Origin: an uncultured virus (IMG/VR IMGVR_UViG_3300047319_000709)
Taxonomy: Duplodnaviria; Heunggongvirae; Uroviricota; Caudoviricetes
DNA: 20,000 nt
IMG/VR virus record: IMGVR_UViG_3300047319_000709
Strand: one strand, 5' to 3'
A program made the translations under genes and the position numbers. A model generated the notes under the pieces. That model did not search any database and was not told where the DNA came from. It saw only the letters and a program-made list of their open reading frames with translations. Below are positions 8,828 to 15,944 of the stretch, one piece after another (the stretch's first letter is position 1; each line of letters begins with the position of its first letter).

Positions 8828-10165
8828 CTACAAATAGTATTTCCAGATCAGCGTCGACACAGTCATCGACATTGAGAATGCGAGAAAAGCGCCGCAAACG
8901 ATCATGGTCACCGATGATCGCCGCTTCATAGGTTCTGCATCACTTAGGGCGTAAGCAGCGAGGATGGCCGGAGCGGTGAAATAACGACCTTGCACACCGA
9001 TGATAAGTTGGGCGTGAAGATCCGTCCAAGTGACAAGCAGCGCGACGAGGGTAAGCATTACCGCGGCCGCGGCGACCATTAACGGCACCGTCCGGGCAAG
9101 CGCCCCCACCCCGCGGGAGCAGGAGATCACCAATGCAATTAGCAAGCCAACACCCGCGAATTTGTAGGTAACGGGCGGCATGGGCCGATCGAGCCAACCA
9201 AGGACGCCGACGAACTGACGCCAGTACGAATCGATGACTGCCGGGTTCGACAGCGTTCGCCAAATGACTTCTATCAGTTCGACGGGATGATGCATGTAGA
9301 ACGAGACGGCCTGACCGGTCGTAATCGAGCGCGGCCACCGCAGATCGACGGTGTGTGATGCTCCATACATCACCCACCCCACAGCGAGCAACGCCGCGAT
9401 GACAGAAGCAGCCAGCGCACGGCGGTCTTTTCGGACGAAGAAAACCACTGGTGCCAGTATCAGGATCGCCATCAGTTGCGGCCGACTCGTGGCAATCATG
9501 AACGGCGCAACGATCAGCAGCAAGGACCACAGAAGCGGAAACGGCTGCTCTCGATCCAAGCCACGGCGGAATAGGCTTGCTGCTAACACAGTCCAGGCGA
9601 ACGACATACCGTCAGCCGACGCGCTCGATAACTGGAACATCGTCATTGGCAGCGCTAGGAGGCAAATTACCAACGCATTCGGCGGGAAGACCGTGAATGC
9701 GTAAGCAATGATAACGGCAACAGCAATCAAAGTTGTCGCGCGTGCAAGCCGGTATGATGCGCCCACACCCAAGTGCAATGATTCGCCAATCCGCAGTCCT
9801 ACAGCTTGCGGGAGGTAGCCTAGCGGGAAATATGGCGCAGCACCGGCCATGTCGACGTAACTCCGAGCGCCGCTCCATTTTATGGCTGCACCGGCCTCTG
9901 CCGTTTTCGCATCAAACCGGGCATTAGGCTTGGTAGAAAGCGCCTGAAAGTTCAGCACCTGGTACTGTTGCAACGCGTCGTCGAAATAACCTCCGGTCGA
10001 GCGCCCCGGCTCTGTTACGGTTTGCGATAGCACAGAAAGCAGATATGCGCGCTTGATATGGTCGTTTTCATCTGGCGACTGCATCGGCGGTATGATTGCC
10101 GATAGAAAACTGCCAATGATGACGATGGAAAAAAACGCAATTGTCCATTGACGCAGCGAATTCAT
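8828..10165 (-). CDS. DUF2142-type multi-pass membrane protein, putative GT-C glycosyltransferase
   Basis: PPMQSPDENDHIKRAY, YFPLGYLPQAVG, GVLGWLD and GVQGRYF motifs. Start at 10165 (MNSLRQ) preferred; 10198 is possible. Confidence 0.8.
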   Translation of the reverse strand: MNSLRQWTIAFFSIVIIGSFLSAIIPPMQSPDENDHIKRAYLLSVLSQTVTEPGRSTGGYFDDALQQYQVLNFQALSTKPNARFDAKTAEAGAAIKWSGARSYVDMAGAAPYFPLGYLPQAVGLRIGESLHLGVGASYRLARATTLIAVAVIIAYAFTVFPPNALVICLLALPMTMFQLSSASADGMSFAWTVLAASLFRRGLDREQPFPLLWSLLLIVAPFMIATSRPQLMAILILAPVVFFVRKDRRALAASVIAALLAVGWVMYGASHTVDLRWPRSITTGQAVSFYMHHPVELIEVIWRTLSNPAVIDSYWRQFVGVLGWLDRPMPPVTYKFAGVGLLIALVISCSRGVGALARTVPLMVAAAAVMLTLVALLVTWTDLHAQLIIGVQGRYFTAPAILAAYALSDAEPMKRRSSVTMIVCGAFLAFSMSMTVSTLIWKYYL

Positions 10166-10211
10166 TGCCTTTATTCCTGAATTGTTCGGGCGCATCATAG
10201 CGCAATCGAGA

Positions 10212-10233
10212 GACGGATTCGTCCGAATCCGTC
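10212..10233. promoter_or_regulatory. Perfect 10-bp inverted repeat (hairpin or operator)
   Basis: GACGGATTCG-TC-CGAATCCGTC between the SGNH and DUF2142 genes; no U-tract. Confidence 0.6.
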
Positions 10234-10266
10234 AGCTCTTGCGATTTGCTTGCCTAGCGCAGGCGT

Positions 10267-11361
10267 CTATCCGCCGAACTCAGCCTTAACGATAGGGCCG
10301 ATGACTGCCAACTCCTGCTGAGCCTTGAGCGTCTGCAATGTCTCGTCCGGCAATATGCATGTCGCATCCATGTGCGAACCCCAATCCGCCAGAGCAGAAA
10401 TCGCAGCGTGGTTATCGACCACCGGCACATCGTAGGTCACTCCCGCCGCCTTGATCGCCGCGGCGTAACTTGCCGTGAACGGATGATCGCTGTCGCACGT
10501 TGGCGACGGAGTCTCAAGAACTGGTCTTCTGCCGGCAGCCCGCACGGTCTGGATGGCTTGTGCAAGGTAGCCCGAGAAATCGGAAACTGTTTCGCCGCCG
10601 TACTGCTCGTTCAGGCCGTAACTAATCACGACGATCGTAGATTGCGTCGATGCCAATCGTTGAGCAAACGGAGCGCCGCCGCCATCCATGCCGTCGAGCA
10701 GGTTCATCAGACTCGCTGACGTCCCGCCGGTCGCATGGTTGGCGACCGTTATGCCGGTATCGTTGAACTCCCTCTGCAGCGAATCTTGCAGGCTGGCCGA
10801 AGCTGGTTTAACGATGACCGGAATGCCGAAGCCATACGATGCAAGACCCATCGCCGCGTCGTCGCCATAGACATCGATATGGATGATCGGCGTAGATGTT
10901 GGCCACGACGCGGGCGCCCCAGATGCTGCCGAGGCTGGCAAAGCAGTCGACGGAATGATCGGCTTTGCAACTGCGGTGTCAGCCGGTTTCTCTCCGCCGC
11001 CACAGGCAGCCAGGCAAACGCTCAGGGCTGCGACGAATCCTGCTCGCCAGCGGGAACCTGCTTCACGTGTGCGCCGAACGTCTCCATGAACTGCAGCACA
11101 CGGTTGAACTCTTCTTCCGTCAATGCCATGTGAGCCGCTCCCACGAACGCAACGTGTGGTCCCATCTTTCGAGGTTCCTTGCCGCCCGTATATTTGCGCC
11201 ATTGCTGATCGCTTCCCAGCCAGAACGCCTCGGCCATCTCCTTCCCGGTCGCATTGCGACGGCGCTTGAGCTCCGCCAGGTCTTCTGTCGATGGTTCGTT
11301 GAATTGGATTGGCATGTCTTCTGGGTGCGCGGTCAAGGCGCGTGCGAAAGCTGATTTTCAT
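10267..11361 (-). CDS. SGNH/GDSL-fold putative lipoprotein with degenerate catalytic residues; start uncertain
   Basis: IDVYGDD (block I), NHATGG (block II), SYGLNE (block III). Lipobox LAAC with Cys at 11002-11004. The ATG at 11361 has an AGGA RBS. Confidence 0.7.
   Translation of the reverse strand: MKISFRTRLDRAPRRHANPIQRTIDRRPGGAQAPSQCDREGDGRGVLAGKRSAMAQIYGRQGTSKDGTTRCVRGSGSHGIDGRRVQPCAAVHGDVRRTREAGSRWRAGFVAALSVCLAACGGGEKPADTAVAKPIIPSTALPASAASGAPASWPTSTPIIHIDVYGDDAAMGLASYGFGIPVIVKPASASLQDSLQREFNDTGITVANHATGGTSASLMNLLDGMDGGGAPFAQRLASTQSTIVVISYGLNEQYGGETVSDFSGYLAQAIQTVRAAGRRPVLETPSPTCDSDHPFTASYAAAIKAAGVTYDVPVVDNHAAISALADWGSHMDATCILPDETLQTLKAQQELAVIGPIVKAEFGG
11022..11315 (-). CDS. XRE/Cro-like HTH transcriptional regulator
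   Basis: PSTEDLAELKRRRNATGKEMAEAFWLGSDQQWRKYTGGKEPR fits an HTH pattern. ATG at 11315 (MPIQF). Confidence 0.8.
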   Translation of the reverse strand: MPIQFNEPSTEDLAELKRRRNATGKEMAEAFWLGSDQQWRKYTGGKEPRKMGPHVAFVGAAHMALTEEEFNRVLQFMETFGAHVKQVPAGEQDSSQP

Positions 11362-11414
11362 TGGATCGTCCTATCGGGTTGTTCGGGTCGCGCGGTGCGC
11401 TACCTCTGGAACGG

Positions 11415-11444
11415 ATATTAGCCCCCTAGGGTTTGTCCCGTCAA
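11415..11444 (-). promoter_or_regulatory. Sigma70-type promoter with a palindrome in the spacer
   Basis: Minus strand TTGACG-N18-TAATAT; the spacer contains CCCTAGGG. Confidence 0.7.
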
Positions 11445-11499
11445 GTGTTTCAGTGTGAATTTTTTTGCGGCCAAGACCGCGCTAACAACAAGACCAACT

Positions 11500-11522
11500 G
11501 CCTCCCACGCGGAGGCTTTTTT
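11500..11522 (+). terminator. Rho-independent terminator upstream of the lysis genes
   Basis: GCCTCC-CACGC-GGAGGC-TTTTTT. Confidence 0.75.
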
Positions 11523-11538
11523 ATTTCCGGGAATGTGC

Positions 11539-11868
11539 ATGGACTACACCGCCGTTGTTGAGGTTGGGTGCGCAGGATTCGCTGCGGTTAGCGGTGTATT
11601 CGCGTGGCTCTGGCAGCGCTCAGAGACCGCGCGAGACAAGGTAATTCAAGAGCAAGGCGAGGCGATCAAGGAAGTATCAAAAGCCCTTGAAGGACACCGC
11701 CTGTACGTCGCTGAGCACTACGTCACGCAGACGGAACTGACCAAGGCCGTGGGCAGCCTGGAGCGCTCTATCGAACGTCTCATCGAGGCCGTCAACCTCA
11801 ACTCGAAAGAAACACGGGACGGCTTCGCTGAAATGCATAGAAAGATCGATACGAAGGCAGACAAATGA
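11539..11868 (+). CDS. Putative holin/antiholin-like protein (one N-terminal TM plus coiled coil)
   Basis: Hydrophobic VGCAGFAAVSGVFAWLW followed by a heptad-rich region; ATGA-coupled to the endolysin. Confidence 0.6.
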   Translation: MDYTAVVEVGCAGFAAVSGVFAWLWQRSETARDKVIQEQGEAIKEVSKALEGHRLYVAEHYVTQTELTKAVGSLERSIERLIEAVNLNSKETRDGFAEMHRKIDTKADK

Positions 11869-12317
11869 ACCTCGCCCTTCTCGAGGCCGAACTGCGCCGC
11901 GACGAGGGCGTCAGGTACATGCCGTATCTGGACACCGCAAAGCCGCCTAAGCGCACCGTAGGAGTAGGCCACAACATGGACGTCTCGCCGCTGCCTGCCG
12001 ACTGGAGATTCCCCCTCTCGGATGCGCAGGTCAATCAGATTCTGGCGCGCGACATCGAGACCACTCTAGCGAAGCTCGACAAGGCTATGACCTGGTGGCG
12101 GTCGCTGGACGAAGTTCGCCAACGCGTTGTCGCAAACATGGCGTTCAACTTGGGAATCGGCGGCCTGCTCGGTTTTAAGAACACGCTCGCGGCCATGCAA
12201 CGCGGCTCGTATGCGGTCGCTGCAGCAGGGATGCTTAGTTCCAAGTGGGCCGGTCAAGTCGGCGCACGCGCCAAGCGTCTCGCCCAGGCAATGGAGACGG
12301 GCGCTATGCCCTCCTAA
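11865..12317 (+). CDS. Endolysin, T4-type lysozyme (GH24)
   Basis: DEG...YLDT...TVGVGH catalytic region; NMAFNLG and SKWAGQVGARA motifs. Confidence 0.93.
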   Translation: MNLALLEAELRRDEGVRYMPYLDTAKPPKRTVGVGHNMDVSPLPADWRFPLSDAQVNQILARDIETTLAKLDKAMTWWRSLDEVRQRVVANMAFNLGIGGLLGFKNTLAAMQRGSYAVAAAGMLSSKWAGQVGARAKRLAQAMETGAMPS

Positions 12318-12360
12318 TATCCGCCAGCCGAATATTCGCAGAATATCCGCCACACGAATA
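12316..12360. repeat. Short imperfect direct repeats, AATAT(C/T)CGC
   Basis: AATATCCGCCA at 12316, AATATTCGCA at 12331 and AATATCCGCCA at 12342; palindrome CGAATATTCG at 12329-12338. Confidence 0.75.
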
Positions 12361-12367
12361 AACGAAA

Positions 12368-12913
12368 ATGACCGCACAAGACACGCATGAGACGCATCGG
12401 ACTCTGACCGAAGACGTCTTTTATCCTGGCCATGAGCCCCGCACCGAATCCGCCATCTTCCGCGCTAGCAAACACGAACTCAAAGCCGAAGGCGGCTATG
12501 TGTGCGCCGTGTGCGGAGACGATGAGAAGGTCGAGTCGCATCACCGATTTTTCGAGTGGGCGTACAGCCACGCCGTCGACTTCGCCTGGATTAGATCGGT
12601 CGCACTCAACCAGACCGACGTCATGCACTCGCACAAGTTGGGCCGCGTGGTGCCGATCCCGAAAAAGCATCCGGTCTGGGACCTGATCCGTTTGACGCAG
12701 GGCTTCGATTGGGAATCGTTCGATCCGGCCAAGCCCGAAACATTTGTGGACTCGATCTACAACCAGTTACCCCTCTGCGAGCTTCATCACCGCGGCAAGG
12801 GTCATGGACGCCACGAAGAAAGCGATCCAGTTTGGAGCGTCCAAGCGTTTCTGGTCCCCGGCTTTGTCTACTCACCCGATGAACTGAAGTCACTCCACAA
12901 GGAGCAAGCATGA
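12368..12913 (+). CDS. Hypothetical HNH-like zinc-binding protein
   Basis: CAVCG...ESHH...LCELHHRG, with a long insertion between the motif halves. Confidence 0.6.
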   Translation: MTAQDTHETHRTLTEDVFYPGHEPRTESAIFRASKHELKAEGGYVCAVCGDDEKVESHHRFFEWAYSHAVDFAWIRSVALNQTDVMHSHKLGRVVPIPKKHPVWDLIRLTQGFDWESFDPAKPETFVDSIYNQLPLCELHHRGKGHGRHEESDPVWSVQAFLVPGFVYSPDELKSLHKEQA

Positions 12914-13125
12914 ACCTCAGCAACATATCGCCAGTAACGCAAAAGCTGATCGTCGGTGGCGTTCTGTTTGCGGCCTGGTCGTATCTGGTCTACACGGGGA
13001 AGGTCCCGGCAACAGATTACGTAGAGAACATCAAGATCGGGCTTGGCGGCCTTGGGCTTTACCACGTGGTGACGAACTCGACGGCGAAGAAAGCCGACGA
13101 TTCCTCGGTACCGCCCGCAGCATGA
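12910..13125 (+). CDS. Small membrane protein, putative holin
   Basis: 71 aa with hydrophobic LIVGGVLFAAWSYLVY and IGLGGLGLYHVV and a charged tail; ATGA overlaps on both sides. Confidence 0.6.
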   Translation: MNLSNISPVTQKLIVGGVLFAAWSYLVYTGKVPATDYVENIKIGLGGLGLYHVVTNSTAKKADDSSVPPAA

Positions 13126-13427
13126 AAGCCGCTCTGCTGGCGCTATGTCTGACGGGATGCGCCGGCCAAGCCGCCTATTCGGTCAAGCCGTTCTATGAGC
13201 CCAGCTTGCAACGCATGGTCTGTTGTGAAGCCGTTGCGCTGAACTCGAAGGACATTGCCGTCCTCTCGTTCGATCTGACGACCTCGGCTGATGGCGTCGT
13301 GACGGTCCACTTCAACGAGACCGGCGTAGGCGCTACGGCCCCCGTCACCGCCCAAGGCGCAGTCGTTTCCAACGTAGCAAACGCTGCGGGCCAAGCTGCC
13401 GCGGCCATCGTCAAACTCACTCCCTAG
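13122..13427 (+). CDS. Lipoprotein, spanin candidate
   Basis: MKAALLALCLTG|C lipobox; beta-rich body and Ala/Val-rich C-terminus. Confidence 0.65.
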   Translation: MKAALLALCLTGCAGQAAYSVKPFYEPSLQRMVCCEAVALNSKDIAVLSFDLTTSADGVVTVHFNETGVGATAPVTAQGAVVSNVANAAGQAAAAIVKLTP

Positions 13428-13437
13428 GATCACCGAA

Positions 13438-13860
13438 ATGAAGAAATTAATGCTGCTCGCGGCAGGCCTTGTCGCGCTCGTCTCTGGCTGCGCCACCACT
13501 GGCACCGTTCAGACTCCCGCTCAAATTGCGTCGCAGGTATGTCCCCCGACTCAGACCGCAATCACGTCTCTGCAAGCCGTCGTTGGTCTCAGTGACGATG
13601 CCAAGGCCAAGCTCGCCGACGCCGCGCCGATTGTGGCTGCCGTATGCTCTGCTGGCTCGAGCGTCAACGTCGCCGATCTGAAGTCGCTCGGTGCAACTGC
13701 ATTGCCGGCCGTCATGGCTGTGGTCAACGCCTCACCGCTTTCGGACCAGGACAAGACGAAGATTGGCATCGACCTGACCGTTGCGCAGATCGTGTTGTCG
13801 AGCGTGCTGGCTGCCCTTCCCGCTGCGGCGGTTCCTGCGTCGGCTGCATCGGGTGTGTGA
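13438..13860 (+). CDS. Lipoprotein, spanin candidate
   Basis: MKKLMLLAAGLVALVSG|C lipobox; hydrophobic C-terminal LTVAQIVLSSVLAALPAAAV. Confidence 0.7.
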   Translation: MKKLMLLAAGLVALVSGCATTGTVQTPAQIASQVCPPTQTAITSLQAVVGLSDDAKAKLADAAPIVAAVCSAGSSVNVADLKSLGATALPAVMAVVNASPLSDQDKTKIGIDLTVAQIVLSSVLAALPAAAVPASAASGV

Positions 13861-14234
13861 TGAGCGCTTTCCTGTCTGAACTCCAGATGGAGAACGCAAC
13901 ACCGCGCGATGATGGTTTGTGGCGTCTTACGGCGCCATTGATCTATCAGTCGGACGTCGCGAAGATGACGTTCACGGTGCCAGCCGGGTTCATCACGGAT
14001 CTGGCCTCCGTGCCCCGCGTGCCGATCGCCTACCTGCTCGCTGGTGGCACTTCCAATGAAGCCAGCGTCGTGCATGACTTCATTTACAGCACGCATCCGG
14101 TCGACCGCGCAACTGCTGATGCAGTGCTTAAAGAAGCGTCGGCGGTAACTGGCGTTCCCGCCTGGCGTCGCTGGATCATCTGGGCTGGCGTCCGTTTGGG
14201 CGGCGGATCACATTGGAATCCACAAGTAGCTTGA
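13860..14234 (+). CDS. DUF1353 family protein
   Basis: ATG at 13860 (TGATG coupling). VPAGFITDLASVPR, ASVVHDFIY and DRATADAVLKEA motifs. Confidence 0.88.
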   Translation: MSAFLSELQMENATPRDDGLWRLTAPLIYQSDVAKMTFTVPAGFITDLASVPRVPIAYLLAGGTSNEASVVHDFIYSTHPVDRATADAVLKEASAVTGVPAWRRWIIWAGVRLGGGSHWNPQVA

Positions 14235-14243
14235 AGTAACCTC

Positions 14244-14273
14244 CGTCCGAAGCAACGCTACACGCTTCGGACG
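14244..14273. terminator. Hairpin between convergent operons (probable terminator)
   Basis: CGTCCGAAGC-N10-GCTTCGGACG; no clear U-tract. Confidence 0.6.
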
Positions 14274-14282
14274 CACCCCTCT

Positions 14283-14555
14283 TTAGGCCGCGTTCTGCGG
14301 CGCCATATCAATCTCAAACCTGCTGTCCTCAAAGCGATACGCGTCACCCATGCCACCGCTTAGATGAAACAGCGGATCTTCGATCATGGTCCGCTGGGCA
14401 AAGTGTGCAACTGTGCCCTCGATGCGCTCCACGGCAACCAACGTATTTCCGCGCGAAAGGTAGGCCGCAATGCCCTTGGCGCGATCATCTATCCCGCCCA
14501 GCAGCGGACCATAGCGAAAGCCGTCGATCACCTGTTGCAACGTTGGTTCATCCAT
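14283..14555 (-). CDS. Hypothetical protein
   Basis: ATG at 14555 (MDEPTLQQ) preceded by a GGAGG RBS. Confidence 0.65.
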   Translation of the reverse strand: MDEPTLQQVIDGFRYGPLLGGIDDRAKGIAAYLSRGNTLVAVERIEGTVAHFAQRTMIEDPLFHLSGGMGDAYRFEDSRFEIDMAPQNAA

Positions 14556-14588
14556 CCCTCCGCCTCCCGTGCCTAAGCGCACATCAAA

Positions 14589-14882
14589 TCATCCCGCCTC
14601 ATACGGCGGCGCATCCTTAAGCCACTCCAGAATCTCCGGTCGCACCGAAAACTTCGGCTCTTTCTTCCAGTCCGCCAAGGCATCGGCCCACTGCTCGAAC
14701 TCGTGCTCGGTGAAGTCGAACTCTTCTTCGACCCGTCCGCAGCCCTCATCGCGCAGAAACGCATACACGACCTTGTGCCCGTCCCAGTAGGCTATGGCGA
14801 AGTCCGTGATGTCGGCGGAAGTGCCGGGCGGCATCGTCGGAAGCTGCTCGGTAAGCATCTGGTGAAGTTCGTCGTGCGTCAT
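14589..14882 (-). CDS. Hypothetical acidic protein
   Basis: ATG at 14882 (MTHDELHQ) preceded by a GGAGG RBS. Confidence 0.7.
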   Translation of the reverse strand: MTHDELHQMLTEQLPTMPPGTSADITDFAIAYWDGHKVVYAFLRDEGCGRVEEEFDFTEHEFEQWADALADWKKEPKFSVRPEILEWLKDAPPYEAG

Positions 14883-14899
14883 ACTTCCTCCATGAGTGG

Positions 14900-15529
14900 T
14901 CACTTCCTGCCCCAGCCCAAAGCCGCCGGCCGCCCATACCCTTGGTACTTGATCTTAAGCCAATCCCTCGATCTTCCGCGCTGATACGTTGAGTCCATCC
15001 GCTTGGCGATCATCCCTTCAAGGCCAAGTTCTTTGACGTGCTCAAAGACAAGCTTTCCTTCGTCCTCAATCCCGCTCGCGTAGATCAGCATATTCGAATT
15101 GTCGAACGATTTGCGAAGATGGAGTTTGCGCTCGGTGAGAGGCAGGGAGCGAATGTCGGCGCCGTCAATCGATAGCGCATCGAATACATAGAGCCGGGCC
15201 GGATCAGACTTCGCCGCGGCGCGGACATTCTTCGGCGTCTTCGTGACCGCGCGCTGTCGGAGCCTCTCGAAGTCGGATCGCCCGGTGTCATCGTCGACCG
15301 TCAACTCGGCGTCCCACACGAAGTCGCCGGGCACATTTTCGACCGCCTGCGCGACCTCAGGAAAAGATCCGTTGAACATGTTGCCGTTGCGGCTCAAAAG
15401 TTTCACCTGCTCGCCTTCCTTCACGACCAGGCAGCGGAAGCCGTCGTACTTGAGTTCAAACAGCCAGTCAGGATCGGAGAATGGTCGCGGGTGCAGAGTC
15501 GCCAGCATCAAATCCGAGGCGTCAATCAC
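14900..15529 (-). CDS. ATP-dependent DNA ligase, adenylation domain only (LigD/LigC-like)
   Basis: Motif I ELKYDGFR, III WDAEL, IIIa YVFDAL, IV EGMIAK, V WLKIK. Start is GTG at 15529 or ATG at 15508. Confidence 0.9.
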   Translation of the reverse strand: MIDASDLMLATLHPRPFSDPDWLFELKYDGFRCLVVKEGEQVKLLSRNGNMFNGSFPEVAQAVENVPGDFVWDAELTVDDDTGRSDFERLRQRAVTKTPKNVRAAAKSDPARLYVFDALSIDGADIRSLPLTERKLHLRKSFDNSNMLIYASGIEDEGKLVFEHVKELGLEGMIAKRMDSTYQRGRSRDWLKIKYQGYGRPAALGWGRK

Positions 15530-15710
15530 GGTAGCGAGACGTCCAGGCCCACGCGAGCGCCAGCTTGGCCCATGCATCATCCTTCGGGCAGCCGGTCACG
15601 TCACACAGATGGGCAAAGTCCTCGTCAAGGGTATGCCCGTGCTCGTTCCGCTTGGTCCGGTCGGGCAGGACGACTTCCAGAATCGCTTCAGGGTTGCGGT
15701 ACTCGAACAT
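15522..15710 (-). CDS. Small hypothetical protein
   Basis: MFEYRNPE... with a GAGGAGG RBS; its stop overlaps the ligase GTG start region. Confidence 0.7.
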   Translation of the reverse strand: MFEYRNPEAILEVVLPDRTKRNEHGHTLDEDFAHLCDVTGCPKDDAWAKLALAWAWTSRYRD

Positions 15711-15714
15711 GGCG

Positions 15715-15927
15715 TCACCTCCTCGTTCGCGGACCAGCATGAATCGGGCCTTCGTCGTCGGCGCCGATCGCGCGAACCCAGTGCACGCACCCGCGATCCG
15801 GCATCGCCTGCACATACGGCCTGCCTTCGTGCATGCAAAGGATGACTGAACCGCCCGCGCGCCATTCCGTGAAGTGTTCGCAGCCGATGCAGTGGCGATC
15901 CGTACCTTGTTCGTTGAAGAGGCCCAT
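15715..15927 (-). CDS. Small Cys-rich (putative Zn-binding) protein
   Basis: CIGCEHF...LC...GCVHW; tight operon spacing. Confidence 0.7.
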   Translation of the reverse strand: MGLFNEQGTDRHCIGCEHFTEWRAGGSVILCMHEGRPYVQAMPDRGCVHWVRAIGADDEGPIHAGPRTRR

Positions 15928-15944
15928 CGGACCATTCTAGCTTC

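Noticed and set aside
12316..12360. Short repeats as a possible CRISPR array
   Set aside because: Units are about 11 bp with 1-4 bp gaps, there are no spacers and there are no cas genes.
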